Notes under the pieces: generated by a model
What the model was told of the DNA's origin: nothing
The model's database searches: none
Seen by the model: only the letters and a program-made list of their open reading frames with translations
Position numbers and translations under genes: made by a program
In this document: positions 13,096-25,900 of the stretch, in pieces
How positions within the stretch are numbered: the first letter of the stretch is position 1
Layout of the letters: every line of letters begins with the position of its first letter
Assembly: GCA_028534125.1 (NCBI GenBank)
Contig: CM052817.1
Coordinates: 66,714,001-66,778,000, forward strand
Reading direction: 5' to 3'
DNA from: Lama glama
Lineage: Eukaryota
DNA length: 64,000 nt

Positions 13096-13376
13096 TTTTA
13101 TATTTGCCTGTAAATATCTATGCTGATATCTAAGGAAGGTAGATACTAAGAAGAGAATCATTTTTTTCCTATTTGGGAGTTAAGTGAATTAGCTTCTAGG
13201 AGTGAAACACAATATTGGAGACCTAATAGATTCTGCTTAAGGAAAAGGAGATACATAGAGAGATTGGGAAAGACACAGAAAACTGGGAAAAGCCAAAACT
13301 AGACAGAAAAGAGGGCTTGCATGGGGGGATGTTTGAAAGGATGATGAGGTGGATGGGATACAAAGAGTAGTTAGTT

Positions 13377-14250
13377 GTATTAGTTAGGAATTTTATTCAA
13401 CTACTGATAAAAAATTCAATAACAGGAACCTATGCAAAATAAGGATTTAAAAAAAATCATATAGTGGATTTTAGGTATAGGTAGTTGTTGGAAGTGCTTT
13501 TGGTGTTCAAGGTGTCAGGGATGAAGTCTCTGTGACTTTTTGGCTTTCTGTGCTTGCCCTGAGATTACGAGATGGCTGATCAACCCAGTATTGCAGAATT
13601 ATAGGTACCTGCTTGGTCTGCTCTTCCTTTAAGGAATCTTTCATGAGGCCCTATGGTACAACTTTTGCTCATATCTTATCACCCAGAATAGCACCACATG
13701 GTTCCCAGATGCAGGGGTGCTTGCATAATTCAATTCTTAAAAATATGGGTTTCCTGCTAATGGAAAAGTTGAGAATTTACATCAGTTTGTCTAGATTCCT
13801 TCAACTACTTAATATTCATCCTTGTACACTCTCCCTGCCATATATGGAACTCTCATCCTTCTTAAGAGAGACAACTCCATGATCTTATTCAGCCACTGCA
13901 TCCAGCTTCAAGTTGACAGTCCTCTTTATTGGATACAAACGTGGCTTTAACATTTATAGGATGTTCACTATTCCATAAACGAAAGGACAAATTATCTGGC
14001 CTCAGCACCCTCAAATTCTGTTGTTGAGAAATAACAAAATAACCACAATAAAACCACTCATAAAAGAGGAGAATGGGAAATACATAGTAGTCACTGCCCA
14101 TAACAATGACCAAATGATGTTGGATAGGAATATCAGGGACTTATTGACCTGGCTGAGGGTTAAGGTCCTTGGTTAGATCCTCTGGCAGACTCTAGTTCAG
14201 ATATCTGGTAGAAATTCTCTAGTCCACTGTCCTTCCTTACCTTCTGATGA
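13377..14250 (-). mobile_element. Old MaLR LTR (MLT1J-like) with adjacent probable MLT internal sequence
   Basis: Starts tgtattagttagga; MLT-like ttttgctcatatcttatcacccagaatagcaccacatgg; then internal-like ttcagccactgcatccagcttcaag. Confidence 0.5.
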
Positions 14251-16164
14251 TTATAACCTTTTTCCTAAATTATACTATTACAAAGAGTATTCAATGAATA
14301 TTCATTCAAGTATATATATATATATATATGAATAAATTCCTAGAAGTAAAAATTTGGAAGTTAACTGCATTGACATTTTAATAGGTATTTCCAAGTTTTT
14401 CTATAAAATAGTTTATATTTGATGTTAGAGAGCTCTTTTTAGTATAAAGAATTTTATAGTCCCATATATCACATGATTATACTTAAAGTTTGTGTTGCTT
14501 GTCATGGAGCTGTATCACTGCTTTTAAAAAGTTTGAGTATTAGTTCTCAATACAGCAGCAATCCCATATTTGAAAAAAACATGTTTGTGCATTTATCATA
14601 TGTGTACAGAATGACTTCATTGATTAATTATTGGTATATATGACTTAGTTGACTGAAAAAGCTTGGTTTATGTACCTCAGTGGTCTGCTGTGTACAGTCT
14701 GGGAATCATGACACTAGACCATGAATTTAGCTAGTTACAGGCTTATGCTTTCGTCCCCTATGGTATTTGGTACCAAGTTTTGCACATGGTTGGTCTTCTG
14801 GAAATACTGGTTGATTTACGAATTTTTCATGTTCGCTATTTGTTGCTCCGAATTAAAGTTTTCTCCTCTCAAACTCACCATGGGAGAGAAAAGCAGATTC
14901 CCACAGCTTTCCTCTCCCCTTGCTGTCCCTAAAAGGAGGCTTTTGAGGTTTTCTAAGGATTATTTTTGTTCCTTTTGCTTTGGTGTCAACAACTATTGGG
15001 AAACAAACAAAAAAGGGGGCAAAGTCCTTGCGCTCTCTGGTTGCCTCCAGTTAATTGACATTAGGATTGGGAGAAGCAGTGGGTCAAGAAGGGCCAGGAC
15101 AAGGGCCAGGACAGGAAGTGCTGGGGACTGGGGTGAACTGCGTGCCAATTGTCATGTGAAAATGTATGCCTGTTTTTGCCATATCTTGCAGTTATTTGTG
15201 AATAGCCAGGAATCTGGATTTTATGTTTTATTATATTAAAACTAACTAGAAATAAAATATGACATGAGTCAAACAAAGCAAGTCTATGAGCTGTATTTGG
15301 TGTGTAGCTTACAGATTTGTAACTTCTGTGCAAGGAGATCTTAGGCTCAGGCTTATATTTCATGCCATTTGACTTCCCTTTATTGTAAATAGCAATCCAA
15401 ATCTCACTACCAGTCTTAATAATATCGTGTCATACATATGAAGGTTTATTTCTGACAACTAGATTCTATGTTCTATTAGGGAAGGGACTGAGACCACTTG
15501 GTTTATTACTATGTCTGGTCCTATTATAGTCAGTACTCAATTAATATTTGTTGACTATATTAATGCCAGGCAGAAAATTGGAATTCAAAATTTATGGGGC
15601 AAATACGGGAGATGGTTTGCAACCATAATGTCTAGTAGCAAGTGCATACAGAATACAAAATCTTATAAAAAAACTAATAGTATTTCTTCATTTTATGCAC
15701 TATCTGAATTTCTTCACTTCTGTATTTTTCCTTAGTATTTTACTTTGTGTTTGTTTCTTTTAGTTTTTGTAGGAGAGAGAAATAATTGGACATAGGTTGT
15801 TTAGGACCTTTCAGAACAAGAATTTTTAAAAAAGGTTTCTTTGTGCTCATGAAATATAGATGTCCTTTTGTATGGACTTGAAATATTCTGCTCTTTTTTT
15901 TATAAACTAGCTAAATGTCTTGGTAGTTCTAATATTTTGGTATCCAGGCTGCTTCTTGCTGTTAGCAATTACACAAAAGAAATCTTTGATCAAAGTATCC
16001 TCAATCCTAGTTCTGAAAATGTGGTCACCATTTGTTTTTCCTACCAAATCATGCGACATTCATGCTTTCTAATTTTCCTTTCTTGAAATCCAATTTAACT
16101 ACTTGGTTGAAGGCACTCATAATACCTCCTTAGTTATCATTCTCCTTCCAGTAATGTGGCTTTC

Positions 16165-16345
16165 AGAGTAGGGTCCCCTTTAGGTCCCTGAGCCCTGATT
16201 CAAGAGGTCTATGAGATCAAAATTATTTTCATAGTAATAGTAAGCCTTTTTGGCCTCTTCTATTGTGTTGACATTTGCACCAACAGTGCAAAAGCAAGGG
16301 TAGATGAAACTGCTGGATTTTAGCAGGAATTAAGGTACCACACAT
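16165..16345. mobile_element. Charlie1 hAT DNA transposon fragment
   Basis: gagatcaaaattattttcatagtaatagtaag...tgtgttgacatttgcacc...gtgcaaaagcaagggtagatgaaactgctgg matches recalled Charlie1 text. Confidence 0.7.
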
Positions 16346-16619
16346 TAGCAGTGAGAATTTAAGACAACACAACAATAAAAACAGACTCAATTAAGAATGT
16401 CCTTCTACTGTGTATCAAAGTACAATGGCTGTCTCAAGGAAAAACACTTTTTTTTTTTGACTCACAAACTGAGGCCTTCCAAAGTGATCTGGAATTTCAT
16501 TTTGCTTAGGGTGGGATGGGGAGTTCACTGGAGAAGCAGTGGAATAAATAGGCAGTACTTGATGCAAGGGCTCACTAAAGATTAGGGTTTAGTGCAAGAA
16601 AAACAACATGTATTTCAAT

Positions 16620-17035
16620 TGTTTTTAGTAAATTTATAAAGTTTAGATATCACCACAATCCATCTTTAGAACATTTACATTACTCCCCAAATTTCCCTCA
16701 GTCTTGCTTGCAAATAAGCCCAATTCCAAACCCTTCAGTCACAGGGAATCACTGATCTGCCTTTTGTTTCTTTTAACTTGTCTTTTTAGGATATTTCATA
16801 TAAATAGAATTATATAGCATGTAGTGTTTTGTGTATGACTTCTATCACTTCGCATGTTTTTGAGGTTCATCTGTGTTACAGCATGTATTGGCATTTTATT
16901 CCTTTTTATTGTCAAGTAATAGTTCTTTGTATTTGCAACATTTTGTTTATCCATTCATCAATTAATGGATGTTTGGATTGTTTCCAGATTTTGGCTCTTA
17001 TGACTAAGAATGCTATAAATATTCACAAGGTACTA
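16620..17035 (-). mobile_element. Old LINE-1 3' end (L1MB/ME-like)
   Basis: aatcactgatctgc...atatttcatataaatagaattata...tttgtttatccattcatcaattaatggatgtttggattgtttccag. Confidence 0.8.
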
Positions 17036-17929
17036 TTTTTATTTCTCTGTTGATTTTTAAAACTATTTTGAGGTTTTTTTTTAGTTGTTATACTTTCTGT
17101 CTCCAAAATTCCCATTTAATTTCTAGTTCTATATTATTTCTAGGTTTTTGTTGAAATTCTTTATTCACGGCAATCACAATCCTGAAGTGGGGTCAGGATA
17201 CAGGACTTCTTTCAAGGGAAACAGTCTTGTCAGGGACAGAAAAAGTTAAAGGTAACTTTAACTTTTACTTTTTAGGTAACTTCTGATTTCCCAATACCCT
17301 CTGTCCAAAGACTCTTTATATAGTTTAGGATGCGGTGTTTTTACAATCTCTATTTTTTTCAAACTTTTTTATTGTATCATTAATGTTATGCCCTGAATCC
17401 ATCACAGTTTTCGATTTTGATATCCAAAAGTTTCAATTTTTGAAACTCAAAAACCCTTTGCTATCAAAACTATTTTTTCTACCATGAGTTTCAGAAAGTT
17501 ATTTCAAAAACCCAAAGCTATGATTCTATTTCTTTTTATTGTTTTCCGTGATAAAATAACAGGAGTTCTGCTTGAGTGAGAGGAAGGAACATGGGTGTAA
17601 AATGAATAACCAGGACTGAAAATACATCAATTAATATAGGAAAACATTATTTCACTATATATGTTCCAAAACTCTGAAGGGATCATGTTGAAAAACTTGC
17701 GGGGGGGGGGTCTTCTGTTTTGTGATGTGGAGTGTGGATGACAATAAAAAATTATGAAGTAATTGAAATATTTCAACTACAAGAATAGTTGTTCTTCACC
17801 CTGTGCACCTACTTATAACTCCCTTTATCCAGTTTCTGGTACCAAGTCTACTTCTCCCCTCTTCTTTTCAGCACATCAGGTAGATTGACTGAGTATATTT
17901 TTCTTGTTTGATGCTTCATGTTTTTTCTC

Positions 17930-20525
17930 TTTTTTTATTGATTAATCTACACTGACACATCATAATCGTCTAAAGTGTATAGTTTACATTATGATTCACT
18001 CTTAGTGTTGTACATTCTATAGGTTTGGACAACTGTATACTGACATGTATTTATCACTGTAACATCACATGTAGTATTTTCACTGCCCTAAAAATCCTCT
18101 GTGCTCTGCTATTTGTCCATCCCCCAACATAGCACCTAGTTCCCCTCCCCATCCTATAACTAATGATCTTTTATTGTCTCCATAGTTATTCCTTTTCCAG
18201 AATGTTCTATATTTGGAATCATTGAGTATATGAGCCTTTTCAGATTGGCTTCTTTTACTTAGAAATATGCACTTAAAGTTTTTTTCATGTGTTGTCATGA
18301 TTTGATAGCTCGTTTCTTTTTAGCTGAATAATATTCCATTGTCTGGATGGATCACAGTCTGTTTATGCATTCACTTACTGAAGGACATAGCTGTTGGTTC
18401 TAAATTTTAGCAATTAAGAACAAAGCTGCTGTAAACATCTGTATGCAGATTTCTGTGTAGACTTAAATCTTCATTTCATTTGGATAAATACCAAGGAGTC
18501 CAATTGCTGAATCAAATGATAAGAGTATATTTAATTTTCTAAGGACCTGCCAGACTGTCTTCCAAAGTGGCTATACCATTTTGCATTCCCACCAGTGATG
18601 AATGACAGTTCCTGTTGCTCCACAACCTCACCAGTATTTGGTATTGTCAGTGTTCTGGACTATGGCCTTTCTGGTAGGTATGTTGTGGTAGGGATCTCAT
18701 TGCTGTCTTAATTTACATATCATTATTGACGTATAATGTGGAGCACCTTTTTGTATGCTTATTTGCCATCTGCATATATTCTTTGGTGAGGTATCTGTTA
18801 AGAGCTATGGCCCATTTTAAAATTGAGTTGTTTGTTTTCTCATTGTTGAATTTTAAGGGTTCTTTATATATTTTGGATAATAGTCCTTTATCAGATGTGT
18901 CTCTTGCAAGTATTTTCTTCTAGTCTGTGGCTTGCCTTCTTATTGTCTGGACACTGTCTTTCACAAAGCAGACATTTAAAATTTTAGTGAAATCTAGTCT
19001 ATCAGTTACTTCTTTCATGGATCATGCCTATGAAATTAGAACAAAAAAGTCATCACCCAACGTTATCTATATAAACTGTTACTTGTCTCCGGGGAGTTTT
19101 AGTTTTGCATTTTATATTTATGTCTGTGATCCATTTTGAGTTAATTTTTGTAAAGGGTGTAACGTCTGTATCTAGATTTTTTTTTTTTTGCATGTGGGTG
19201 TTCAATCATTCCAGCACCATTTGTTGAAAAGATAATCTTTGCTTCATTGCATTGCCTTTGCTCCTTTATTGAAGATTGGTTAGTCTATGTTTATTTGGGT
19301 CTATTTCTAGGCTCTCTATTCTATTCCATTGGTCTTTTTGCTATTTTTCTTGTCAATACCACAGTCTTGGTTATTGTAGGTTTATAGTAATTCTTGAAAT
19401 TGGGTAGTGTAAGTCTTCCAACTTTGTTCTTCTATTTATTTATTTTTTTCTTTTGATAATGTATTGACTACTCTGGGTCTTTTGCCTATCCATATAAATG
19501 TTAGAATCAGTTTGTCAACATCCTCAGAATAATTTTCTGGGGCTTTGATTGGGATTGCATTGAATCTATAGATCAAGTTTAGAAAAACCAACGTCTTGAC
19601 AACATTGAGTCTTCCTATCCATGAACATGAAATATCTCACTATTTGTTTAGTTCTTTGATTTTGTTCATCAGAGTTTTATAGTTTTTCCTTATATAGATT
19701 TTATGCATATTTTATTAGATTTATCCCTAAGTATTTCATGTTTTTGAAAGTTAATATAAGTGGTATTACGTTTTTAATTTCAAATTCTACTGTTATATAA
19801 GGAAGTGATTACCTTTTGTATATTAATCTTATATCTTCAAAATTTGCTATAATTGTTAGTAGTTTTTTTGTCAGTTAATTCAGATTTTCTACATAGACAA
19901 TTGTATCTTCTGTGAACAAAGACAGTTTTATTACTTCCTTCCCAATCTCTATACTTTTAATTTCCTTGTCTTGCCTTATTACATTAGCAAGGGCTAAGAA
20001 GTAGTGAGCAGGGACATCCTATCTTATACCTGATCTTAGAAAATTTAGTGGAAATGTCTTTCACCATAAAGTATGATGTTAGCTGTAGATTTTTTGTGAA
20101 TAGTTGTTACCAAGTCGAGAAAGTTCCTCTCTATTCCTAGTTTACTGAGAGTTTTTATCATGAATAAGTGCCAGATTTTGTCAAATGCTTTTTCTGCATC
20201 TACTGATATGATCGTGTGATTTTTCTTTTTAGTCTGTTGATGTGATGGATTACAATTAATTGATGATTAATAGATGAACCAGTCTTGCAAGTTAGGATAG
20301 ATTTCACTTTGTCATGATGTATAATTCTTTTTATACCTTGTTGATTTGGTAATTTTTTTTGAGGAGTTTTGCATCTATGTTCATGGGAGATATTGGTCTG
20401 TAGTTTTCTTCTTCTGCAATGTTTTTCTCTGATTTTGGTATTAGGGTAATGCTAGCCTCATAGAATGAATTGGGAAGGATTCTCTCTGCTTCTGTCCCTG
20501 AAAGAGATTGTAGAGAATTGCTATC
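17930..20525 (-). mobile_element. LINE-1 (L1MC1/2-like), ~2.6 kb 3'UTR plus ORF2
   Basis: 3'UTR ctacactgacacatcat...tttcactgccctaaaaatcctctgtgctc; minus ORF 20331-20537 [18 protein letters not shown]...[16 protein letters not shown] is the start of the L1 RT domain. Confidence 0.93.
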
Positions 20526-22136
20526 TTGTATTTTCAACCTTTATCTTCCTTCTTTTTTTTGTTTTTAATTTCCAAGATATCAAAGAGATACAATGATGCC
20601 AGTTAATGAATGTTGATAACTAAAAGTGTGCTATATGTCTATCCCTTCCCAGATAATTTGTACAGATTACCAAAAGTCTTTTGTATATAATGCTGATGTA
20701 GGAAAGGGAATTTCATTCTAGGTTTGGTAGTAAGAGGGATCAGAGAGAGAGAAGGGAGGATTATGTTAGTCAGCAGAAGTTTTGGTGCAGGACTTCTTTT
20801 GTGATGTCATCCACATTCTATCCCAGCATGTTGCCTGACTCTTATTCTGCTGGTTTGGGGCCCACTTTATGTTCACCTCTGAAGCCTTTTGCATCTGTTA
20901 TTTTCTGAATATACTTTTAAAAAATCTATATTTCAAAGATATTTACTTATTTTTTCTCTCTTTATAAACTTCATTTAAAATATTTATGATACCCTTTTTG
21001 CTTTCTTAACCTGTAACCAAGTCTATCAGTGGGAGAAAGTGAAAAATTCTGTCAACCCCAAAGCCATAATTCCCATTTATAGAAACAGAATCAGTTTTTT
21101 TTGCAGGTGTGTAATCCCTTTGTAGAAGGGAATGGAGTTCTTTGTGAAGATTATTCATACTATACTACAAAATACAAAAAACAAAGCAAAAAAAAACCTG
21201 TGTTAATTTGAAAGAATTACAGCCATTAGTAAATATTTACATTTAATAACAGAAAGAGAATTAGCCCCATATAGAACAATCTGTACCTTCTATATCATTT
21301 ACTGTATTGTGTATTTTGAGCAGGATATGGTATTTTGGACTCATTAAATGCATCCAGTGTTAGGAATTTACTGGATACAAATATAAAAATATACCTGGAA
21401 TGTATTTTATAATATACACTGAATACTACTATTTTTTATTCATACAAGTGAAAGGACCTAGTTATTTTGTTTACAATTTTACAAAGATTCCAATTTGTTT
21501 AGAAATTGTTCTACAGAAACACTTGCAATTACCTTTTCAGGTTTCAGAGCAAATCATTTTTCAAAAAATTAAATAATTTATATTTCAATACTCTATGAAA
21601 TATAATAGTGACTGCAAGGAAACAGGCTTGTTTCCTTCTTTTTTCAGTATTTTTTATTATTCATATATTTATTATTCCCTGCAAGATCAATTATACAACC
21701 ATTTAGATAATTTAGATGTTTTCAAACTTGACTTCTAAATAAGCTATTTGATTAAAATAAAGGCTTCCCCCATCAGTTTACCTAAACAACAGCTTTAGTT
21801 CTGTTTTATATGATATTTATGTCTCACATGGAGCAAGTATTCAATAAGATTTGCTGAACTGATGAATGAATACCTGTGCTTGACAGATGTTTACAGGGTA
21901 GAAATGATACTTCCGTTGACTGAAATCACTCCTCAGATCCTGTGGTTCAGTGTTTTCTTTGACTTAGGAGAGAAATTAAAGAATGACATTTTGAAAGGCT
22001 CTGGATTAGAGCCCTGCCAGTGCAAGATTTGGTAGATCAGCCCTACATGTATCTTATTTCTTGCAGGGTAGCTCTGTTCTGTGAGGTGGCCCAGGGATAT
22101 AAGAACCCCTGCCTTGTTGCTTCACTGTCCCTTAAA

Positions 22137-22230
22137 GCAGTGCTTCTCAAACCTTGTGTGTATATAAGCCATCTAAAAATCTTATTCAAATGCAAAACCT
22201 GTAATTTGTTAACCAACTATAGGCTTGGTA
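22137..22230. mobile_element. MER5-like hAT fragment
   Basis: gcagtgcttctcaaaccttgtgtgtatataagccatct...cttattcaaatgca. Confidence 0.55.
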
Positions 22231-23794
22231 TTCTTTGTTTTGTCAGATACTTTATGCTTTGTCTTAATGCAGTGAGAGCCTGCTGAAGCTTGTTGTTTCA
22301 ATTTACTTACTTAAAATATGAATAATCAATAAAGCATAAATAGCTGCATTTATTTTCCCCCGAGGCACAGTTCAATCCTTGGGTTGACTGTGAAGCACTA
22401 AATTGTCTTGTTTGGCTGCGGTGGGAATAATTGAATGCCATTAATGATTAGTGAATCTCGTCTGTGCTCTGTCCTTCTTCAGGGCCTGTTAGAATAGACT
22501 TGCATACTAGTCCTAATCTCCCTTTGTGATTTGTTTATTAAACTGAACTGTATTCTTCCATAGTTCAAGGCCTTGGTATTTTGTGGATGTTTCTGCCTCC
22601 TTAATAATCTTCTTCCATACTCTTAGCTGACTGCTACATTCATTGTTGTTTCATTTCCGCTTACTTTAAATTGTTGATGTCTGCCAAATTTTATAACTTC
22701 CCAGAGAAGAAAGGGAAATGAAACATGAACCAAGGAGCACTTGAACAGAATACGTGCTTCTGTTAGAGGGTGAGTGAATAAATACGTACTGAGAAGTCTC
22801 TAGGTATGGTCTCCTATTGAGAACCTTTGGCTAATTTGATTCTACATATTCTTGCTTTACCAAAGCAGAATCTTTAAAAAGGTGGAATTTTTACTATCAT
22901 AGGGGTTTTTACCTAGATGGGTATTTTGTAGTAGAAAAGTGACCACTTGCCCAGAGTTTAGCAGTTGGCCATGTAGATAAGAGAGTTGCTTCTAGTCAAA
23001 CAAAGGACTCTAGTGCAGTAGACTTACTTGTAAAGGTAAACTTGTAATTGGCCTCTATCATGGGATGCTCAGTTATTGCATTTAGGGAGGTATCCTCTGG
23101 GTGTCTGTTACATTTCTTCCTCTATGAGATGGACTCTGTGAGAGTTTATTACTGGAGTTTCCGACACTAGAACTGAAATGAGAGCATTCTGGGCTTATGA
23201 TGAAATCCATAGAACTTCCTCAAGAAAAATGTGCACATACAGATACACTCAAATTTCTAATTATAATTTTAGGGAATTTGTAGAAGTCAAAAGTAAGATT
23301 AAAAATAACTGAGGCTAGGAAGAGAAAGGAGTGTAAAAATCAGCTGGAGTTAAAAGGGGAAGATATCACTAGTGAGATAAAGTAAAACAAGGAAAGAAGG
23401 TGAAATAATAAATAAATTTAATGTACAGACTGTGTTCTTCAGATTATTAGCTTCTAGCTTTGCATGCTCAATGGATAAGCAATTTCTCTGGGACTTCAGA
23501 AATGACTTATGTCTTAAAGATCAGTGGCAAAGATGAAAAAATAAAGGGAAATTGCTAATGTATACCAAGATAAATGTCAGTGTACAAATGCAGCAGTCAC
23601 ACTTTAAAATTTTATCTTGAAGAAATAAAAAAGAGTGGATGAAAATATTCACATCTATGAATGCTAGTTTAAGTGCTACAACAGCAAAAATGCAAGCACC
23701 TTGAGTTCAACAGTAAAGCACAGATCAGTTAAATATGGGATGTTTTTGTCAATACATTACTATGCAGTAATGAACAATAATGTAGACAAATGCA

Positions 23795-24142
23795 TTTTAA
23801 ATTTTAATGTGCAGGTGAATCAGTGGTAAGCTCGTAAATGCTTCACAATTGGCTCTGTGACACAAATTTTGGTTTGATGATTTCTGTGATATAAATACTC
23901 CACCAGGGCTGATTTCAAGCTACCAAAGTGATGCCAGTGAATGTAGAATTGGGAGGAAATGTGCACAATTGGCTCTCTTAAGATGAAAGCCACCTCCAGT
24001 ACACCACTGAATATGAATCACTTGTGGTCTCATTTTAATGCAGATTCTGATTCACTAGGTCTAGGATAAAGTCTGAGAATTTTCATATGTAAGAAGCTCT
24101 TAGGTCATGCTGTAGCTGCTGTTCTCAGGACAATTGGAGCAG
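23795..24142. mobile_element. MER5A hAT element, split by MER63A
   Basis: ttttaatgtgca..tgaat | insertion | atatgaatcacttg...aatgcagattctgattcactaggtctagg. Confidence 0.7.
23821..24009 (-). mobile_element. MER63A-like hAT-Blackjack MITE
   Basis: Terminal inverted repeats cagtggt.../...accactg; internal taaatactcccacc...gatttcaagctacca...gtgcacaattggctctc. Confidence 0.8.
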
Positions 24143-24275
24143 GGAGAGTGTCAAATAATATCTGTTGACAAGGGGAAATATGTTCCCAGTGTATTCCTTT
24201 ATGCCATTATATTAGGAGACAAAACTGTGTAGATTATTATACTATTTTCCAAAAATATATGTAATATAAACATAT

Positions 24276-24795
24276 TGTTGTGAAGGAGAAGCCGGGCTGG
24301 TCTAATAAGATAACTCACAAGTCTAAGAATGTGAAAGAAAAGCTGGGCTGGGCTAACAAGATAACTCACAAGTCTAGGAATGTGAAGGAGAGGCTGGGCT
24401 GGGCTAACAAGATAACTCGTAAATCTAAGTATCAGAATACTGATCTGAGTTCTGCTGGACTAACTCGTAAGTCTAAGTTAGTAAGTGTTGGTTTGCTGTT
24501 CATGTTTTTTTTGCTAGCCAGCTGGATTTTCAAAGAGATATATCTGGCTTTGGAATGTTGGTTTGCTGCCTCCCTGCCTCCACTTTTGTGATAATGATGC
24601 TGCTGAAGCTATTCCATGCCTATTGGCCAAATACCCCAAGCTTGTACTTTACCCTATAAAACCTCATGCGCATGTCTTGGAGGTGCTCAGAGCTTCGGAG
24701 CAGAAGCCCCTCTGAGCCCGCTGGCATAATACATCTGAGTACTCCAACCCTCCGAGTGGTGCCTGTTTCTTGGCTGGCCTGTCGTTTCCGTAACA
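24276..24795 (+). mobile_element. Young endogenous retrovirus solo LTR (ERV1-like)
   Basis: TG...CA ends with imperfect inverted termini (tgttgtgaag / ttccgtaaca); attgg (CCAAT) at 24622, tataaa at 24655-24660, aataca poly(A)-like signal at 24728; about 9 CpGs retained; no primer binding site follows. Confidence 0.82.
24280..24432 (+). repeat. 3 x 51-bp tandem repeat in LTR U3
   Basis: Units start at 24280, 24331, 24382: gtgaa(g/a)ga(g/a)a(a/g)gc(c/t)gggctgg(t/g)ctaa(t/c)aagataactc..aa.tcta.g.at. Confidence 0.97.
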
Positions 24796-24929
24796 TTTCA
24801 TCACATAATATATTCACATATGCCTACTAAGTTGATAAAAGCATAACTTGTAGGAATGGAATCAATGAAATTTTATTTTTGTCTCCTTCAGCCCCTTTAA
24901 AATTAATTTAGTGGAGAAAGTTTCTCCCT

Positions 24930-25900
24930 CTGTATGTAAGCTTAAAAATGAACAAAATTATAAAACACAATATCAATTTAAAAATCAGAGTGTGAAGTTA
25001 TATTAATCAAAACTCCAAACTTTAAATCTTCTATTCTCTTTCAGCCAGCACAGCATTCAGGTGGGCTACTTGCTTTTGGGAAGGGTGTATGGAAAGCTTC
25101 TCTTCCACCTCCTGTTATTGATTTGAAGTTTTCCAACCTGACGTCAGGCCCTTCCATGACTGATGCACCTGGGAGAAAGGAGAGAAAGGAGGGATAAAAA
25201 AGTTCTCAGTGGAGCTCTTGGTGCTGTAAGCTGGCTTTGGCTCTCTGGGCTGGCAGATGGTGGACTCGTGATCCCTTTCATGGAGGACTTTGGTGGATTC
25301 CTCAGATCCTTGTATCTGGAACTTCTTCATGCTGTGCCTCAGCATGAAAATTGCTATTCTGTTGTCTTCTGAGATACTTTCTGTAACCCCTAGGAATTCT
25401 GAGTCCACCTCCAATTTCTTGTTGCTGGAGTCCCTTCAACCTTCTAGAGACCGAAGACAATTCTAGCATTCTTTCACATGGCCAATTTTCACGTATCTTT
25501 AAACCTGAGCAACTCAGAAAAGTTGAGATCAAGTCTCATGCAGCAGTCGCTCACCTGGGTCCGCCACCAGAGCAGTCAGACTTTGCACCCTCTAGATTTC
25601 CCCAATTGAGTGTCAGACTCCAGCTTTGCACTCTCCCACTTTACACTCTCCCACTCATTCTGTTGAAGCCGGTTTCCCTCCTTCATCATTGAGCTTTAGG
25701 TATGGGATGGGCATTCCCAGTGATTTCAGTAGCTTTCTCCCCAAATCTTCTCTTGAAAGTTCCCCCCTCCTGTGTAGGTTTCATTTTGCCTCCCTGATGT
25801 GGTTAAAAATTCTAAGAGCCTTGGAAGAATCCTCTCCTTTCCACTTTTTAAAAACTGATAAATTATACATTTGAGTCTGGCCTTTCTCTCAGGAATGCAA
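24930..25900 (-). mobile_element. Probable ancient Gypsy-like LTR (MamGypLTR/LTR85-like)
   Basis: Minus strand is purine-rich and contains gaagatttaaagtttggagttttgattaatat, sharing tttggagtttt with 62810-62820; family assignment from memory. Confidence 0.45.
25137..25148. promoter_or_regulatory. Full CRE within 12-bp palindrome
   Basis: CCTGACGTCAGG; motif seen directly, function untested. Confidence 0.4.

Noticed and set aside
14721..15239. Longest N-free ORF (172 aa)
   Set aside because: No recognisable domain, composition typical of translated non-coding DNA, no splice support.
17701..17710. G10 homopolymer as a possible G-quadruplex
   Set aside because: Single run without the four-tract pattern.
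24280..24591. 103-aa ORF with 17-aa repeats (KEKLGWANKITHKSRNV), and CRISPR-like appearance
   Set aside because: By-product of the 51-bp LTR tandem unit being a multiple of three; GTG start; units are contiguous with no unique spacers and there are no cas genes.
25115..25532. Protein-looking minus ORFs (99 and 76 aa)
   Set aside because: Lie in the probable ancient LTR block; purine-rich composition explains the charged peptides; no homologue recognised.
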